Below are positions 29,504-40,881 of a stretch of 64,000 nucleotides of DNA, piece by piece; position 1 is the first letter of the stretch, and each line of letters begins with the position of its first letter. The stretch is from Candidatus Marinacidobacterales bacterium (GTDB lineage: Bacteria; Acidobacteriota; Vicinamibacteria; Marinacidobacterales; DATDRI01): the NCBI GenBank assembly GCA_965219415.1, contig OZ244742.1:1984001-2048000 (forward strand). Reading direction: 5' to 3'. Under the pieces are notes generated by a model. That model made no database searches. It was given only the letters and a program-made list of their open reading frames with translations, and was not told the origin of the DNA. The position numbers were made by a program, and so were the translations under genes.

Positions 29504-30667
29504 TTCACGAGGTGACCGTCTCTTACCCAGATTTCACCGTCGACGGTCACCGTCGTATCGGTGAAGAAATTCCAACGCACGTAGCCGCCCCCAACGTTGC
29601 CGCCGAGCTCGGTGTTGTCGCCCAGAGACAGCCGCACGACTCCGGCTCCATATCCGTAATAGGGGATCCAAGGGGAGCGTTCCGGCACCGCCAGCTCGGG
29701 ATTGAAGCCCAGTGCGAACTCACGAAAGGCCCGCCCGGCATTTCCAGCTTGGCTCATCTCGGCCTCCACTACTTCGCGACCGCTGTCGGCGTCGATGCTG
29801 ACAACTTTGCCTTTCTCGAAGCGGAGCTTCAAACCTGTAACCGCCCGTCCATCCCACTGTGGGGGTGGAAACGCGATCGTGCCTTCCACCGTTTCCTCGA
29901 GTGGCGCTACGCGAACCGCACCCGAAGGGAGCTCGATCTCGCGATCGATGAGAATGACCGCCCGGCTCGCGCGCTCACGGGAAGCATCACCGTTCTGAAG
30001 ACTGACCGGACGTTGGCCAATACGAAACCTCAGATCGGTCCCGAGCGGTGACGTCACGCGCACTTCCCCGGAACGCATGGCGGCCTCGAAGCGTTGTTGA
30101 TTTTCGTCCAACGCTCGATAGTCCACATTCAGCAGCGCATTCTGGTACGTCTCTTCCATGGTCCAGCGCCGTGGAAGCGGCTGGCCTGGTATCGCGACGG
30201 CACTGCGATTCTGAAGCCAATGGAAGTGGGATGGTTCGGCCTCTGCCCTCCTGAAGCAGATCCTGAATGGCGGCGTAAGCGGGTTGAGTGGGGATGGCTC
30301 CCGGGAGCATGACCGAGGCGTCGACCTCGCGAAACATATCACGGTAAGCTTCCCTGGCCGACCGAAGAGCGGGAGTCAACAGGCTTAGATCCCAGTCAGA
30401 GGGTATGGGTTGTTCTAGTGCATCTACGATACCCAAATCGATCGCTCCGGACTTCATGACGGCATAGCGGAAGTGGGGGATCACTTCGCGAAACGTCCCG
30501 GGGTGGGCAAGCGCAACAACCTTCTCACCCGGCTGAAGATCTAGCCGTTCGACGATCTGCTCACCAATCGCCTTCCAGTCCAGGGTGAGCTCGAGAGGAG
30601 GAGCCTGCGCAAACGTTGACGAGGTCGAAACGGCAAGCACGGTTAGAAGAAATACTTGGAGGCGCAT
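29500..30667 (-). pseudogene. secreted M29 aminopeptidase-like protein, frameshift near 30228
   Basis: Signal peptide in ORF 29987-30667; GRTI|HFHW junction; GTDLRF, ELPSG and EFALGFNP in ORF 29500-30342. Confidence 0.78.
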
Positions 30668-30676
30668 GGGGGCTCC

Positions 30677-30883
30677 TTACTCTGGTTTCTTGAGGGCGAT
30701 TAGCCAGCCGACAACGAAAGCGAGGGCCCCCGTACCGGTCATACCGAGCATCGCTTTCATCTCCGCGCTCCCAAAGAAGAGGAACGCCGAGGCCGTTACC
30801 AGGAATAGCCCGAAGAGCTGGAAGCCCCGACCGATGTAGTAGCGGGACCAACCCAGATAATTGACTTCTTTTCTGACCACCAA
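30677..30883 (-). CDS. small two-TM membrane protein
   Basis: Two hydrophobic helices; TTG just after the mutL stop. Confidence 0.65.
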   Translation of the reverse strand: MVVRKEVNYLGWSRYYIGRGFQLFGLFLVTASAFLFFGSAEMKAMLGMTGTGALAFVVGWLIALKKPE

Positions 30884-30885
30884 CG

Positions 30886-32661
30886 CTACCTTCCGAAATT
30901 TTTCTCGATTTGCTCGCGATCGAGCCTGAGGGTGGTGGGTCGACCGTGGGGGCACACGGTTGGCTGCCTGGCTCTCCATAGCCGATCGAGGATGAAACGA
31001 ATCTTCTCCTGGGCGAGCGGGTTGTTGACTTTGATCGCAGCGTGGCATGCGATGCGAGCGGCGATTCTTCCCTCCGCTTCGGCGATCGAAGACCCTCGGC
31101 AATCCTGTTCTCGCTCCGCGAGGGCGGAGCGTATGAGCTTGCCGGCATCCAAGCCGGAAAGGGGCGCGGGAACCGCTCGGACGACATAGCTTCTGCCACC
31201 GAAGTGCTCGATATCGAAACCGTAGGATTGAATCCGAATCATCTCTTCATCGAGCGTAATCTGCTCGGCCACCGAGAACTCGAGCTGCAGTGGAGTGAGA
31301 AGAAGTTGTTGTTGCGGCCGCTCCTGGTCCGGTCGTGCCAGAAGCTCCTCGTAGAGAATGCGCTCGTGGGCTGCGTGCTGGTCGACGAGCCATACGCTTT
31401 CGTCATCGATCGCCAGGATAAAGCTTTCTCGGAACTGACCGAGTGGCATCGGGGGCACATCGGCAAACTCCGTGAATGTCTGCGGCGTGGCCTGCTGAGC
31501 TTTACGAGCTTGGTCTGCCCCGAGAACGGCCTCCGCGAGTGCCATTCCCCCCATGTAAGGTGTTCCCCGATCCGCGACCTGCGTCGTCCGCCCCGGCCAC
31601 CCACCGATTTCCGTAGGCGCTATCGGTGCGGTCGTCGGCGCCCAATCTCGGCCTACCGCCAGCTCTGGTGCCCTTCCCTCCGCGTGGAGCACGTTTCGCA
31701 CCACCGAGAACACTGAATCGTGCACGAACTGCTGGTCGACGAAGCGGACTTCCGTCTTCCCCGGGTGCACGTTCACGTCCAGCTTATCGGGCGGGAGCTC
31801 CAGGAAAAGATAGAGCAACGGCGTGCCCTGTTTAGTCGATACCTGCCGATAGGCCTCGAGCACGGCGTGTGTGAGGATTCGATCCTTGACGGGTCGCCCG
31901 TTGACAAAAACATGAAGGCGGCTCGCGGCCCCCCGCGCTTCGGCAGGTGGAGAAAGCCATGCGGTCAAGTGAAGTCCTCCTACGGACTCATCGAGAGACA
32001 CCGCGCCTTCCACCCAGCCTCCTTCGAGCTGGAAGATTCTTTCCCTCCTCGCCGCTACCGGTGGGGTGTCGAGCACCTTCCGACCGCGATGCTCCAGACG
32101 GAAATGAACCTCGGGGTGAGCCGCGGCCAAGTTCGACATCAACGCTGCAATGTGTGACGACTCTGTGACATCGGTGCGAAGAAACTTCCGGCGCGCGGGC
32201 ACGTTGAAGAAGAGGCGGCGGACCTCCACGATGGTTCCGCGCGGCATGCCGATCTCGCCCTCGCTGACGATACTTCCCCCCTCCACAACGAGTTCGCGGC
32301 CGGCGGCACTCTCCTCGTCGCGCGTGCGGATCGAGAAGTGAGAAACCGACGCGATAGCGGGAAGGGCCTCTCCGCGGAAACCCAAAGTATTGATTTGCGA
32401 AAGCTGTTCTGCCGTCTGTATCTTGCTCGTGGCGTGTCGCTCGAGCGCGAGCCGGGCGTCTTCCGGAGCCATTCCGACGCCATCGTCGACGACCCGGATC
32501 CGATCCTTACCGCTTTTTTCGATGAGGACAAAAACGGAGCGCGCCGAGGCGTCGAGAGAGTTCTCGACGAGCTCTTTAACGACCGAGGATGGCCGTTCTA
32601 CGACCTCACCAGCTGCGATCTGGCTCGCCAGTGCTTCGGGTAATACTCTGACCTTGGACAC
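30886..32661 (-). CDS. mutL: DNA mismatch repair protein MutL
   Basis: IAAGEVVERP, GFRGEAL, DQHAAHERILYE and CPHGRP motifs. Confidence 0.98.
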   Translation of the reverse strand: MSKVRVLPEALASQIAAGEVVERPSSVVKELVENSLDASARSVFVLIEKSGKDRIRVVDDGVGMAPEDARLALERHATSKIQTAEQLSQINTLGFRGEALPAIASVSHFSIRTRDEESAAGRELVVEGGSIVSEGEIGMPRGTIVEVRRLFFNVPARRKFLRTDVTESSHIAALMSNLAAAHPEVHFRLEHRGRKVLDTPPVAARRERIFQLEGGWVEGAVSLDESVGGLHLTAWLSPPAEARGAASRLHVFVNGRPVKDRILTHAVLEAYRQVSTKQGTPLLYLFLELPPDKLDVNVHPGKTEVRFVDQQFVHDSVFSVVRNVLHAEGRAPELAVGRDWAPTTAPIAPTEIGGWPGRTTQVADRGTPYMGGMALAEAVLGADQARKAQQATPQTFTEFADVPPMPLGQFRESFILAIDDESVWLVDQHAAHERILYEELLARPDQERPQQQLLLTPLQLEFSVAEQITLDEEMIRIQSYGFDIEHFGGRSYVVRAVPAPLSGLDAGKLIRSALAEREQDCRGSSIAEAEGRIAARIACHAAIKVNNPLAQEKIRFILDRLWRARQPTVCPHGRPTTLRLDREQIEKNFGR

Positions 32662-32663
32662 GC

Positions 32664-35462
32664 CTACTTCGCGGCTTTCTCGATTTTCACGGCCTTATCT
32701 TTTTCGGGATGTTTATCACTTGGGCGGTCCGTTTCTTCGCTCTTCACTTCCCTCTCAGCCTCCGCGGCCTCTTCCAGAGCGGCTTGGGCGGCGGCCAACC
32801 GTGCTATCGGCACGCGGTACGGCGAGCAACTCACGTAGTCGAGTCCGATACCGTTGAAGAAGCGGATGGAGTCTGGCTCGCCGCCATGCTCTCCGCAAAT
32901 ACCGACCTTCAGGTTGGGCCGGGCTCCCCGACCCCTTTCGGTAGCGGCGCGCACCAAGGTCCCCACCGCTTTAACATCGATACTCTCGAAAGGGTCCCTC
33001 TCCAGAATACCCATCTCAAGATAGATAGGGAGAAACTTACCGACATCGTCGCGGGAGAAACCGAAGGTCATCTGCGTCAGGTCGTTGGTGCCAAAAGAGA
33101 AAAACTCCGCCTCCGCGGCGATTTCATCGGCGATCAAAGCCGCCCGCGGCAACTCGATCATGGTTCCGACTTGGTAGTCGACATCGATCTTCTCCGCCGT
33201 CATCACCTCCCGGGCCACCTCTTCCACGATTTTCTTCTGCTGCTCGAGCTCCTTCACCATCCCCACCAGCGGGATCATGACTTCCGGCTTGGGGTCGCCG
33301 CCTTCTTTGGTGACGAGACAGGCCGCCTCGAAAATCGCACGTGTCTGCATGCGGGCGATCTCAGGATAGGTGATCCCCAGGCGGCATCCTCGGTGGCCAA
33401 GCATGGGGTTGAACTCGTGGAGCTCCTCCACTCGAACGAGTAGATTTTCGAGCCGTTCCACCTTTGCGCGATCCCGAATCTTTCCCAAAGTAAGCTCAGC
33501 GATCTGGCGCATGAGATTCTCGCGTTTGGGAAGGAACTCATGGAGCGGCGGATCGAGTAACCGGATCGTGACCGGCAAGCCCTTCATCACACGGAAAAGG
33601 CCGACGAAATCGTCGCGCTGGAGAGGCGCCAGTTGGTCGAGATGTTTCTTCCTCTCCCTGGTCGTGGTGGCCAGGATCATTTTTTCTACGATCGGAAGCC
33701 GAGCCTCGGCGAAGAACATGTGCTCGGTGCGACACAACCCGATACCGCGGGCGCCGAATGCCAAGGCGGTTGCGGCATCCGTCGGCACGTCGGCGTTGGC
33801 GCGAATGCCCAAGCGCCGCTCCCCGTCGGCCCAGTCGAGGAGGGTGGCGAAATCTCGGTACATCTTGGATTTCTCCGGAGCGAGCTTTCCCTGCACGACC
33901 TGGATGATCTCGGAAGGCACGGTCGCCACCTCGGCAAGCATCACCTCGCCGGTCGAGCCGTCGATCGATATGACATCGCCTTCATTGATGGAAGTGCCGT
34001 TGATCTCGAGCTGTCTGGCGGCCAGATCGATGCGGAGACCGCCGCAACCCACCACGGCGGGCTTTCCCATCTGCCGGCCTACCACCGCGGCGTGAGACGT
34101 ACGCCCCCCGGTCACGGTAAGGATCCCCTGGGCAGCGCTCATTCCGTGAACGTCGTCGGGAGATGTCTCGGTGCGAACCAGGAGCACGCGCTTCCCCGAC
34201 ATGGCCCAGTGCACGGCGTCGTCGGAATCGAAAACGACCTGGCCCGAGGCGGCACCCGGTGAGGCGGGAATTCCCTTGGCCGCCGGCTGGATGTCCCGGC
34301 GCGCTTGTGGATCGAAGAGCGGATGTAGAAGCTGATTCAAGGACCTAGGCTCGACTCGAAAGAGCGCCTCCTTCCGCGTAATGATCCCTTCCTCCACCAT
34401 GTCCACCGCGATGCGAACCGCCGCCGGCCCGGTGCGCTTACCGCTTCGGGTCTGGAGCATGTAGAGCTTGCCTTCCTCGATGGTGAACTCGAAGTCCTGA
34501 ACGTCTCGGTAATGCCGCTCGAGTCTCTCGCCGATACCCATCAGCTCTTTGTACGCTTCCGGTAGGACGTTTTCGAGCTCGCGCATCGGCTGAGGGGTGC
34601 GGACTCCCGCGACCACGTCCTCTCCCTGAGCATTCACCAGGAACTCACCGAAGAACTCTTTCTCTCCGGTTGCCGGGTCTCGGGTGAAACCCACGCCCGT
34701 CGCGGAGCGCGGCCCCAGGTTTCCGAAAACCATCTTCTGGACGTTCACGCCCGTTCCCAGGTTTTCGGGAATGTGGTAAATCCTCCGGTATTCTTTCGCC
34801 CGCGGGTTGTTCCAACTCTTGAAGACCGCGTCTCTCGCCAAAACGAGTTGCTGGCGAGTGTCCTGCGGAAACTCTGCGCCGGTATCTTTTTTCACCAAAG
34901 CCTTGAAGCGCTCGACGACTTCCTTGAGATGCGACGCGTCCAACCCCGCGTCGCTATCGACGCCGGCCGATCGCTTGACCACCTCGAGGAGGGTCTCGAA
35001 GAAGGAGGATTTGATGCCAAGTACGACTCCCGCGAACATCTGGATGAAACGCCGGTAGCTGTCGTAGGCAAACCGGCCGTCACCGGAAGCTTGCTGCAAA
35101 CCCTCGACGGTGGCGTCGTTCATACCCAGATTGAGAATGGTGTCCATCATTCCCGGCATGGAGAACTTGGCGCCGCTGCGAACGGAAAGGAGGAGCGGTT
35201 TCTCCGGGTCACCGAGCCTCTGTTCCGCCGCGTTTTCGAGGCGGGTCAAGGCAGCGAAAAACTCGCGCTCAATCTCGTCGGGCAGCTTCTGGTGCTGCGA
35301 GAATATGCGGCAGGCATCGGTGGAAAGCGTAAACCCGGGCGGGACAGGCAGGCCGGCGTTCGTCATCTCAGCCAGACCCGCACCCTTTCCTCCCAGGACG
35401 TCCTTCATGTCCCGGTGACCGTCGGCCTTGCCGTCGCCGAAGTAATAGATGTATTGCGACAT
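32664..35462 (-). CDS. ppdK: pyruvate, phosphate dikinase
   Basis: GGKGAGL, SVRSGA, TSHAAVV (phospho-His), RLLDPPLHEF and GTNDLTQ motifs. Confidence 0.98.
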   Translation of the reverse strand: MSQYIYYFGDGKADGHRDMKDVLGGKGAGLAEMTNAGLPVPPGFTLSTDACRIFSQHQKLPDEIEREFFAALTRLENAAEQRLGDPEKPLLLSVRSGAKFSMPGMMDTILNLGMNDATVEGLQQASGDGRFAYDSYRRFIQMFAGVVLGIKSSFFETLLEVVKRSAGVDSDAGLDASHLKEVVERFKALVKKDTGAEFPQDTRQQLVLARDAVFKSWNNPRAKEYRRIYHIPENLGTGVNVQKMVFGNLGPRSATGVGFTRDPATGEKEFFGEFLVNAQGEDVVAGVRTPQPMRELENVLPEAYKELMGIGERLERHYRDVQDFEFTIEEGKLYMLQTRSGKRTGPAAVRIAVDMVEEGIITRKEALFRVEPRSLNQLLHPLFDPQARRDIQPAAKGIPASPGAASGQVVFDSDDAVHWAMSGKRVLLVRTETSPDDVHGMSAAQGILTVTGGRTSHAAVVGRQMGKPAVVGCGGLRIDLAARQLEINGTSINEGDVISIDGSTGEVMLAEVATVPSEIIQVVQGKLAPEKSKMYRDFATLLDWADGERRLGIRANADVPTDAATALAFGARGIGLCRTEHMFFAEARLPIVEKMILATTTRERKKHLDQLAPLQRDDFVGLFRVMKGLPVTIRLLDPPLHEFLPKRENLMRQIAELTLGKIRDRAKVERLENLLVRVEELHEFNPMLGHRGCRLGITYPEIARMQTRAIFEAACLVTKEGGDPKPEVMIPLVGMVKELEQQKKIVEEVAREVMTAEKIDVDYQVGTMIELPRAALIADEIAAEAEFFSFGTNDLTQMTFGFSRDDVGKFLPIYLEMGILERDPFESIDVKAVGTLVRAATERGRGARPNLKVGICGEHGGEPDSIRFFNGIGLDYVSCSPYRVPIARLAAAQAALEEAAEAEREVKSEETDRPSDKHPEKDKAVKIEKAAK

Positions 35463-35549
35463 GGGTGCGTCTTCTGTGACTCAGTGCGCGCTCACTCCTC
35501 GCTCGGCTGCCCGTCGTCGGCCCATTCGAGCCGGGCTCGCTCCGCTCGC

Positions 35550-35581
35550 GCAGGGTGCCGTGAGCTCCTTGGGCACCCTGC
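35550..35581. repeat. intergenic hairpin between glyS and ppdK
   Basis: GCAGGGTGCC / GGCACCCTGC 10-bp stem without a U-tract. Confidence 0.5.
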
Positions 35582-37737
35582 TACTGGCCTGGGCCCGGTC
35601 CGGTCATGATCTCGGAGAGGTCCGCCACCCGCGTAAACAGGCCCTGGAGGGCATGTAGAAGCGCCAGGCGGTTCTCTTTGAGACGCCGGTCCGGTGCCAT
35701 GACCAGGACTTTATCAAAAAAGGTGTCGACTTGCGGACGCAGCCGGGACAACACTCGCAGTGCTTCCTCGTACTGACGGGCGGCGATAAGCTCGGACGCC
35801 CGAGGCTCGACCGCCTTGAACGCGGACCAGAGCTCCCTCTCCGCGTCTTCCGCAAACGCGTCGGGAGAGACAGCCGGTGGCTTCTCGTCCGAGAGGATGT
35901 TGCGTACTCTCTTGAAGGCGACGGAAAGAGCTTCGAAATCGTCTGACCCACGGAGCCCCGCTACGGCGGCCAACCGACGCTCGAGGTCTCCCACCGGAAG
36001 ATCGAGAGCCCCCACCGCGAACACCGCACTGATTTCATCGAAACGAAAGTCGCGGCTGAACACGTAACGGAGTCGATCCTTCAGAAACTCCTCGAGAAGT
36101 TCTGCCGCCTTCGGGTCCACGCCGTCGCCGATTTGCTTCTTCACGATGCTGAAGGCTTCATCCAGTAGCTGCCGCAGGGTGACGTCGGGCTTCAAGCCCA
36201 CTCGCTTCTCTCCTTCTAGAAGCATGCGAATGACACCCATCGCCTGTCGGCGAAGCGCGAAGGGATCTCTCGAACCGGTTGGGACGACCCCAGCGGAAAA
36301 CATTCCGGCCAGACTGTCGAGCTTGTCCGCCAGCGACAAGACCGCGCCGGTGGCGTTGGCGGGAAAATCGGAGCGGCCTTCGAGAGTCAAGGGGCGATAG
36401 TGAGAGCCGATCGCCTCGGAGACTTCCGGGGGCTCTCCTTGTTCCCGAGCGTAGAGCCCGCCCATGATCCCTTGAAGCTCCGGAAACTCCCCCACCATGC
36501 CGGTGGTCAGATCGGACTTACCCAGACGCGCGGCGCGCTCCGCCTCTTTCACCGAAGAGCCGGTAGCCTGGGCGATCCAGCCAGCCAAGGGGACCATGCG
36601 GTCCACTTTGTCGCGGTAGCTTCCGAGCTTCTCGTGGCACAAGACCCCGCTCAGCTTATCGAGCCGACTTTCGAGGGGTCTCTTGAGGTCCTCGTTCCAA
36701 AAGAACTGAGCGTCCCGCAAACGGGCTACCACCACCCGCTCACTGCCCTTGCGGATATAGCCTGTTCGATCCGACGGCATATTGGTGACGGCGATGAAGG
36801 CGGGGGTCTTCTTTAATGGGATGTATTTCTGATGGTGAATGAGGACGGTGTACCTTACCGCCTCCGGGAGGGCGGTGAACTCCTTGGGGTACTTCCCGAG
36901 CACCGCTCCCGGCCACTCGACGAGATCGGCGAGTACTCTGGTCGTCAACGTTCCCAAGTCCGAAATCCTTTTGGCGCCCGCCTTCTTCTCGAGCTTGCCG
37001 ATCTCCTTCTCGAGCCGGGTTTCTCGATCGTCGGGATCGAGCAAAACGGAATATTTCTTCAGTCGCTGGGTGAGATCACGAAACGAGCTCACCGGGAAGG
37101 GCGCGTTCGGTTTCTTGCCTTGTGGTGCTAGAAAACGATGCCCGCGCGTCTTGTTGCCCGCTCGCAGGCTTCCGTTCCCCAGGGTCCGGATCTCGAATGG
37201 AACCACCTTTTGCCCAAAGAGGCACACCATCCAACGGATGGGCCTTCCAAAAGGGAAAGCACCTCGACCGTCGGCAATCTCCGCGTCCCAGTTCATGAAC
37301 TTGGGGAAGCTCAGGTTACGGAGCGTCTCCGCCATGATGGAAGGAAGAAGCTTGAGCGTCTTCTTTCCTTTCACCTCTCGGACGAAGCCGACGTACTCCC
37401 CCTTCTTGGTCGTCAAGAGCTTGAGCTTCGCTGGCTGGAGCTGGTTCTTGCGGGCGAAACCAAGGGCCGCCTTACTCCATTCACCGCTTTCGGTCTTAGC
37501 GATAGAGACTGGTGGTCCAGTGACTTGCTCCCGGCGGTCGAGCTCTTTCTCTGCGAGCTTCGGTACGTGAACGACCAGGCGACGGAGCGTCCCGCTGACT
37601 TCGACCTCGGCCTCCCCGAGATCATGCTGCTGCAGTTGTTTCTGGAACTCTTTACCTAGCTGCGCGAGAGTGTCCGGCAGCCAACCGGCAGGAAACTCCT
37701 CGCAGCCGATTTCCCAAAGGAACGGGACGTTCTTCAT
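35581..37737 (-). CDS. glyS: glycine--tRNA ligase beta subunit
   Basis: [26 protein letters not shown] and [10 protein letters not shown] motifs. Confidence 0.97.
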   Translation of the reverse strand: MKNVPFLWEIGCEEFPAGWLPDTLAQLGKEFQKQLQQHDLGEAEVEVSGTLRRLVVHVPKLAEKELDRREQVTGPPVSIAKTESGEWSKAALGFARKNQLQPAKLKLLTTKKGEYVGFVREVKGKKTLKLLPSIMAETLRNLSFPKFMNWDAEIADGRGAFPFGRPIRWMVCLFGQKVVPFEIRTLGNGSLRAGNKTRGHRFLAPQGKKPNAPFPVSSFRDLTQRLKKYSVLLDPDDRETRLEKEIGKLEKKAGAKRISDLGTLTTRVLADLVEWPGAVLGKYPKEFTALPEAVRYTVLIHHQKYIPLKKTPAFIAVTNMPSDRTGYIRKGSERVVVARLRDAQFFWNEDLKRPLESRLDKLSGVLCHEKLGSYRDKVDRMVPLAGWIAQATGSSVKEAERAARLGKSDLTTGMVGEFPELQGIMGGLYAREQGEPPEVSEAIGSHYRPLTLEGRSDFPANATGAVLSLADKLDSLAGMFSAGVVPTGSRDPFALRRQAMGVIRMLLEGEKRVGLKPDVTLRQLLDEAFSIVKKQIGDGVDPKAAELLEEFLKDRLRYVFSRDFRFDEISAVFAVGALDLPVGDLERRLAAVAGLRGSDDFEALSVAFKRVRNILSDEKPPAVSPDAFAEDAERELWSAFKAVEPRASELIAARQYEEALRVLSRLRPQVDTFFDKVLVMAPDRRLKENRLALLHALQGLFTRVADLSEIMTGPGPGQ

Positions 37738-38615
37738 GACGCCGCTTGATCGAGGGTGGCCACGTTGGGGGCGGGCGAAGTGGCATCGACATACACTTGG
37801 GCGACGCGACAGGCTAGGTCGCGTACCTTCAGGATGTGTGCGGTTCTTTCGCTGACCGAAAGTGCACCCCGGGCATCCAAGGTATTAAAGATGTGAGAGC
37901 ACTTTAGAACCGCCTCATAGGCGGCCACGTAAAGCCCCTGGCTCAGTAGGCGTTCGCCCTCGATGCGGTACTCCTCGAAGTGCCGCCGGAACAGCTCGAC
38001 GTTCGCTACCTCGAAACTAAAGCGAGAGCCTTCGAACTCGTCGCGATGCCTGACTTGACGGTACGTCACGCCGGGAGCCCATTCGAGATCGTAGACGTCG
38101 TCGACTCCTTGGAGATACATGTCGAAACGTTCGAGCCCGTATGTGATCTCGACCGAAATGGGAGCCAGCTCGATACCACCAGATTGTTGGAAATACGTGA
38201 ATTGAGTGATCTCGAGTCCATCGAGCAGTACCTGCCACCCGATGCCCCAAGCTCCCAGAGTCGGCGACTCCCAGTTGTCCTCCTCGAAACGAATGTCGTG
38301 AAGGCGGGGATCGATCCCGCATGCCTTGAGGCTTTCCAAATAGACATCCTGAATATCCGCCGGTGCCGGCTTCAAGATGAGCTGTAGCTGGTAATGCTTG
38401 TAGAGACGGTTGGGATTCTCCCCGTAGCGCCCATCCGCCGGCCGGCGAGACGGCTGCACGTAGACGACGCGCCACGGTTCGGGGCCCAGGACCCGAAAGA
38501 AGGTCTCCGGGTGCATCGTTCCCGCACCCATCTCTTGATCGTAGGGTTGGTGCACCACGACGCCACGCGACGCCCAAAAGCGTGACAACGAGAGAACGAG
38601 ATCCTGAAATATCAC
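37734..38615 (-). CDS. glyQ: glycine--tRNA ligase alpha subunit
   Basis: [22 protein letters not shown] and EITYGLER motifs. Confidence 0.98.
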   Translation of the reverse strand: MIFQDLVLSLSRFWASRGVVVHQPYDQEMGAGTMHPETFFRVLGPEPWRVVYVQPSRRPADGRYGENPNRLYKHYQLQLILKPAPADIQDVYLESLKACGIDPRLHDIRFEEDNWESPTLGAWGIGWQVLLDGLEITQFTYFQQSGGIELAPISVEITYGLERFDMYLQGVDDVYDLEWAPGVTYRQVRHRDEFEGSRFSFEVANVELFRRHFEEYRIEGERLLSQGLYVAAYEAVLKCSHIFNTLDARGALSVSERTAHILKVRDLACRVAQVYVDATSPAPNVATLDQAAS

Positions 38616-39385
38616 CTTCTCTTCTCCAGTCGCAGCATATCGTCGAGTACCTGTAGGGAGTTCGGCTCTCTGTCGAGCTGCTGTCCGATCAGCCTGCGAT
38701 TCAGCTTCGATATCTCATCCAACACTTGCTCTGCTTCCTGTGCAGGCGGTGCGTGCAGCTCTCCGGGCGCTCGGTGCCAGATCTGCTCCAGATATCGAAG
38801 CGAGCCGGGAGACAGCGGGACTCCGTTCCGAGCTCCGCGTCCACAGCGAGTACATCGGAGCTGGTGCTCATCGATCACGTAGTGTGCACCGTCTTGGATG
38901 AGCTTCGTCCCGCAGGCCGAGCAAGTCTGCCCCGTCGGGTAAAACCCTCCCAGTCTCAGCACCCAAGCCTCGAAGTAGCGTGCGAGACCCGTCGGGTCGG
39001 TGCCGCTGGTGAGCGAAGCAGCAGCTGCCTTCATCAGACGGTACAACTTGGCGTTCGGTTCCCGATCGGGCGCGAACGAATCGACCAAGTCTGCGAAATA
39101 TGCCAGTGTGCACGCGTGGAGTGGATCTCCTGCATGGGAGAAACCGGAGCGAATTATATCACAGCGATCGACGCTCACCACTTCACGACTCTCTTTTTCA
39201 AAGAACGTGAGCTCGATCTCGGTCCCGATCTCCAGGCTTCCACCGAATTTCGAGCGCGGTCGCCGTGCCCCTTTCGCACGGCCTTGGATCTTCCCATGCT
39301 GGCGGGTCAGGAAGACGACCAACTTGTCCGCCTCACCGACTCGGTAGGTGCGAAGGACGATCGCTTCGCTGTGACGAACGGGCAT
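38612..39385 (-). CDS. recO: DNA repair protein RecO
   Basis: EAIVLR...GEADK...AKGARR plus CxxC...CxxC; ATG at 39385. Confidence 0.95.
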   Translation of the reverse strand: MPVRHSEAIVLRTYRVGEADKLVVFLTRQHGKIQGRAKGARRPRSKFGGSLEIGTEIELTFFEKESREVVSVDRCDIIRSGFSHAGDPLHACTLAYFADLVDSFAPDREPNAKLYRLMKAAAASLTSGTDPTGLARYFEAWVLRLGGFYPTGQTCSACGTKLIQDGAHYVIDEHQLRCTRCGRGARNGVPLSPGSLRYLEQIWHRAPGELHAPPAQEAEQVLDEISKLNRRLIGQQLDREPNSLQVLDDMLRLEKRR

Positions 39386-39392
39386 GACTCGC

Positions 39393-40754
39393 TCAGACGA
39401 TACGTCCGAGAAAGCGCGCTCCAAGCCCGAGGAAAAATAGGAACCCAAAGACGTCGGTCGCGGTGGTGACGAAGACCGAGGATGCGAGGGCAGGATCCAC
39501 CTTGAGGGCTCGTAGCGCTAAAGGCACGAGCGTTCCCATGACCGCCGCCACCAGGAGATTACCCACCATGGCTAGGCCGATGACGAAACCGAGCACGGGA
39601 CTGCCTTTCCAGAAGAAGGCGACCAAGGCCACTAGCGCCCCGATCACAATTCCGTTGATGAGCCCGACCAGCATTTCTTTGACCAGCGCCTTCCGGCTGT
39701 TCGACCAACTCAATTCCCCGAGAGCGATCCCTCGAACCATGACGGTCAGCGTTTGGGTGCCAGCGTTGCCCCCCAGAAGGGGCACGATGGGCATGAAGAC
39801 GGCTAGCACGGCGAATTTTTGAATGGTGTCTTCGAAAAGACTCACCACCAGCGCCGCCAGGAAAGCGGTGGCCAAGTTGAGCCCCAGCCACGGAATCCGC
39901 ATGCGGACCGAGGTCCCGGGTGAGCTGAACACTCTTTCATGGGCGTCCAAGCCAGCTAGGCGATAGATATCCTCGGTGGCCTCTTCCTTGATGACGTCGA
40001 TGACGTCATCAACGGTAATCAGCCCGACCAACTTGTTCTCTTCGTCCACGACGGGCATGGCCAGGATGTTGTACGAATCGACGAGCCGGGCAACGTCCTC
40101 CTGGTCGGTGTCGGTCCGAACGCTGATGACGGTCGGGACCATGATATCCTTGAGCCGCCTCTCTGGACGCTTCAGCAAGAGCTGGCGCAGCGATAGGACA
40201 CCCACCAGGTGGTTCCGATCGTCCACGACATATATGTAGAAGGCCATCTCCACCTCACCCATGGTTTGGAGCCGGGTGATGGCCTCGCCCACCGTGGTGT
40301 CCTCGTGCAACGAGAACACGTTCGGGTTCATGATGCGGCCGGCGGTCTGCTCCGGATATTGGAGTAGATCCTGAACTTCTGCGGCGTCTTTCTGCCGCAT
40401 GGCCCCGAGGATCTCTTCCCGGCTCTCCGCCGGGAGATAGCCCACGAACTCGGCTGCGTCGTCCGGATCCAGCTCCTGGAGAAGTTTCGAGATCTCCTCG
40501 GGCGACATGTCGAGCAGCAGCTCGGCGCCCCGGTCCACGCCCAGCTCGGAAAGGGCTTCGCTGGCTAGACTGAGATCCCTTTGGACGAGAAGTTCGAAAG
40601 TGACCTTGCGGGAGTTTTCGTGAAGCTCGCCGAGAAGCTCAGCGATGTCCGAGGGATGGAGCTTGCTCAGGATGTTGTAGGCGTTGGGTGTAGCACCACG
40701 CCCGACGAGCTTCCGGACCGTTTCGGCGAGTAGAGGGGTCTTGGTCAGAGGCAT
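39393..40754 (-). CDS. mgtE: magnesium transporter MgtE
   Basis: MgtE N domain, CBS pair, GGNAGTQ, DPALASS and TTATDV motifs. Confidence 0.97.
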   Translation of the reverse strand: MPLTKTPLLAETVRKLVGRGATPNAYNILSKLHPSDIAELLGELHENSRKVTFELLVQRDLSLASEALSELGVDRGAELLLDMSPEEISKLLQELDPDDAAEFVGYLPAESREEILGAMRQKDAAEVQDLLQYPEQTAGRIMNPNVFSLHEDTTVGEAITRLQTMGEVEMAFYIYVVDDRNHLVGVLSLRQLLLKRPERRLKDIMVPTVISVRTDTDQEDVARLVDSYNILAMPVVDEENKLVGLITVDDVIDVIKEEATEDIYRLAGLDAHERVFSSPGTSVRMRIPWLGLNLATAFLAALVVSLFEDTIQKFAVLAVFMPIVPLLGGNAGTQTLTVMVRGIALGELSWSNSRKALVKEMLVGLINGIVIGALVALVAFFWKGSPVLGFVIGLAMVGNLLVAAVMGTLVPLALRALKVDPALASSVFVTTATDVFGFLFFLGLGARFLGRIV

Positions 40755-40881
40755 CGATACAACCCGATGGCAAGCATTCAGACATGAGCGGCCCAGCTTA
40801 CCATACGGAGTATGGCTTGGCCAGCACTGTGGCCCATATCCCGCGCATCATGTATGATAGAGCGATCCTTCTCACAACCCT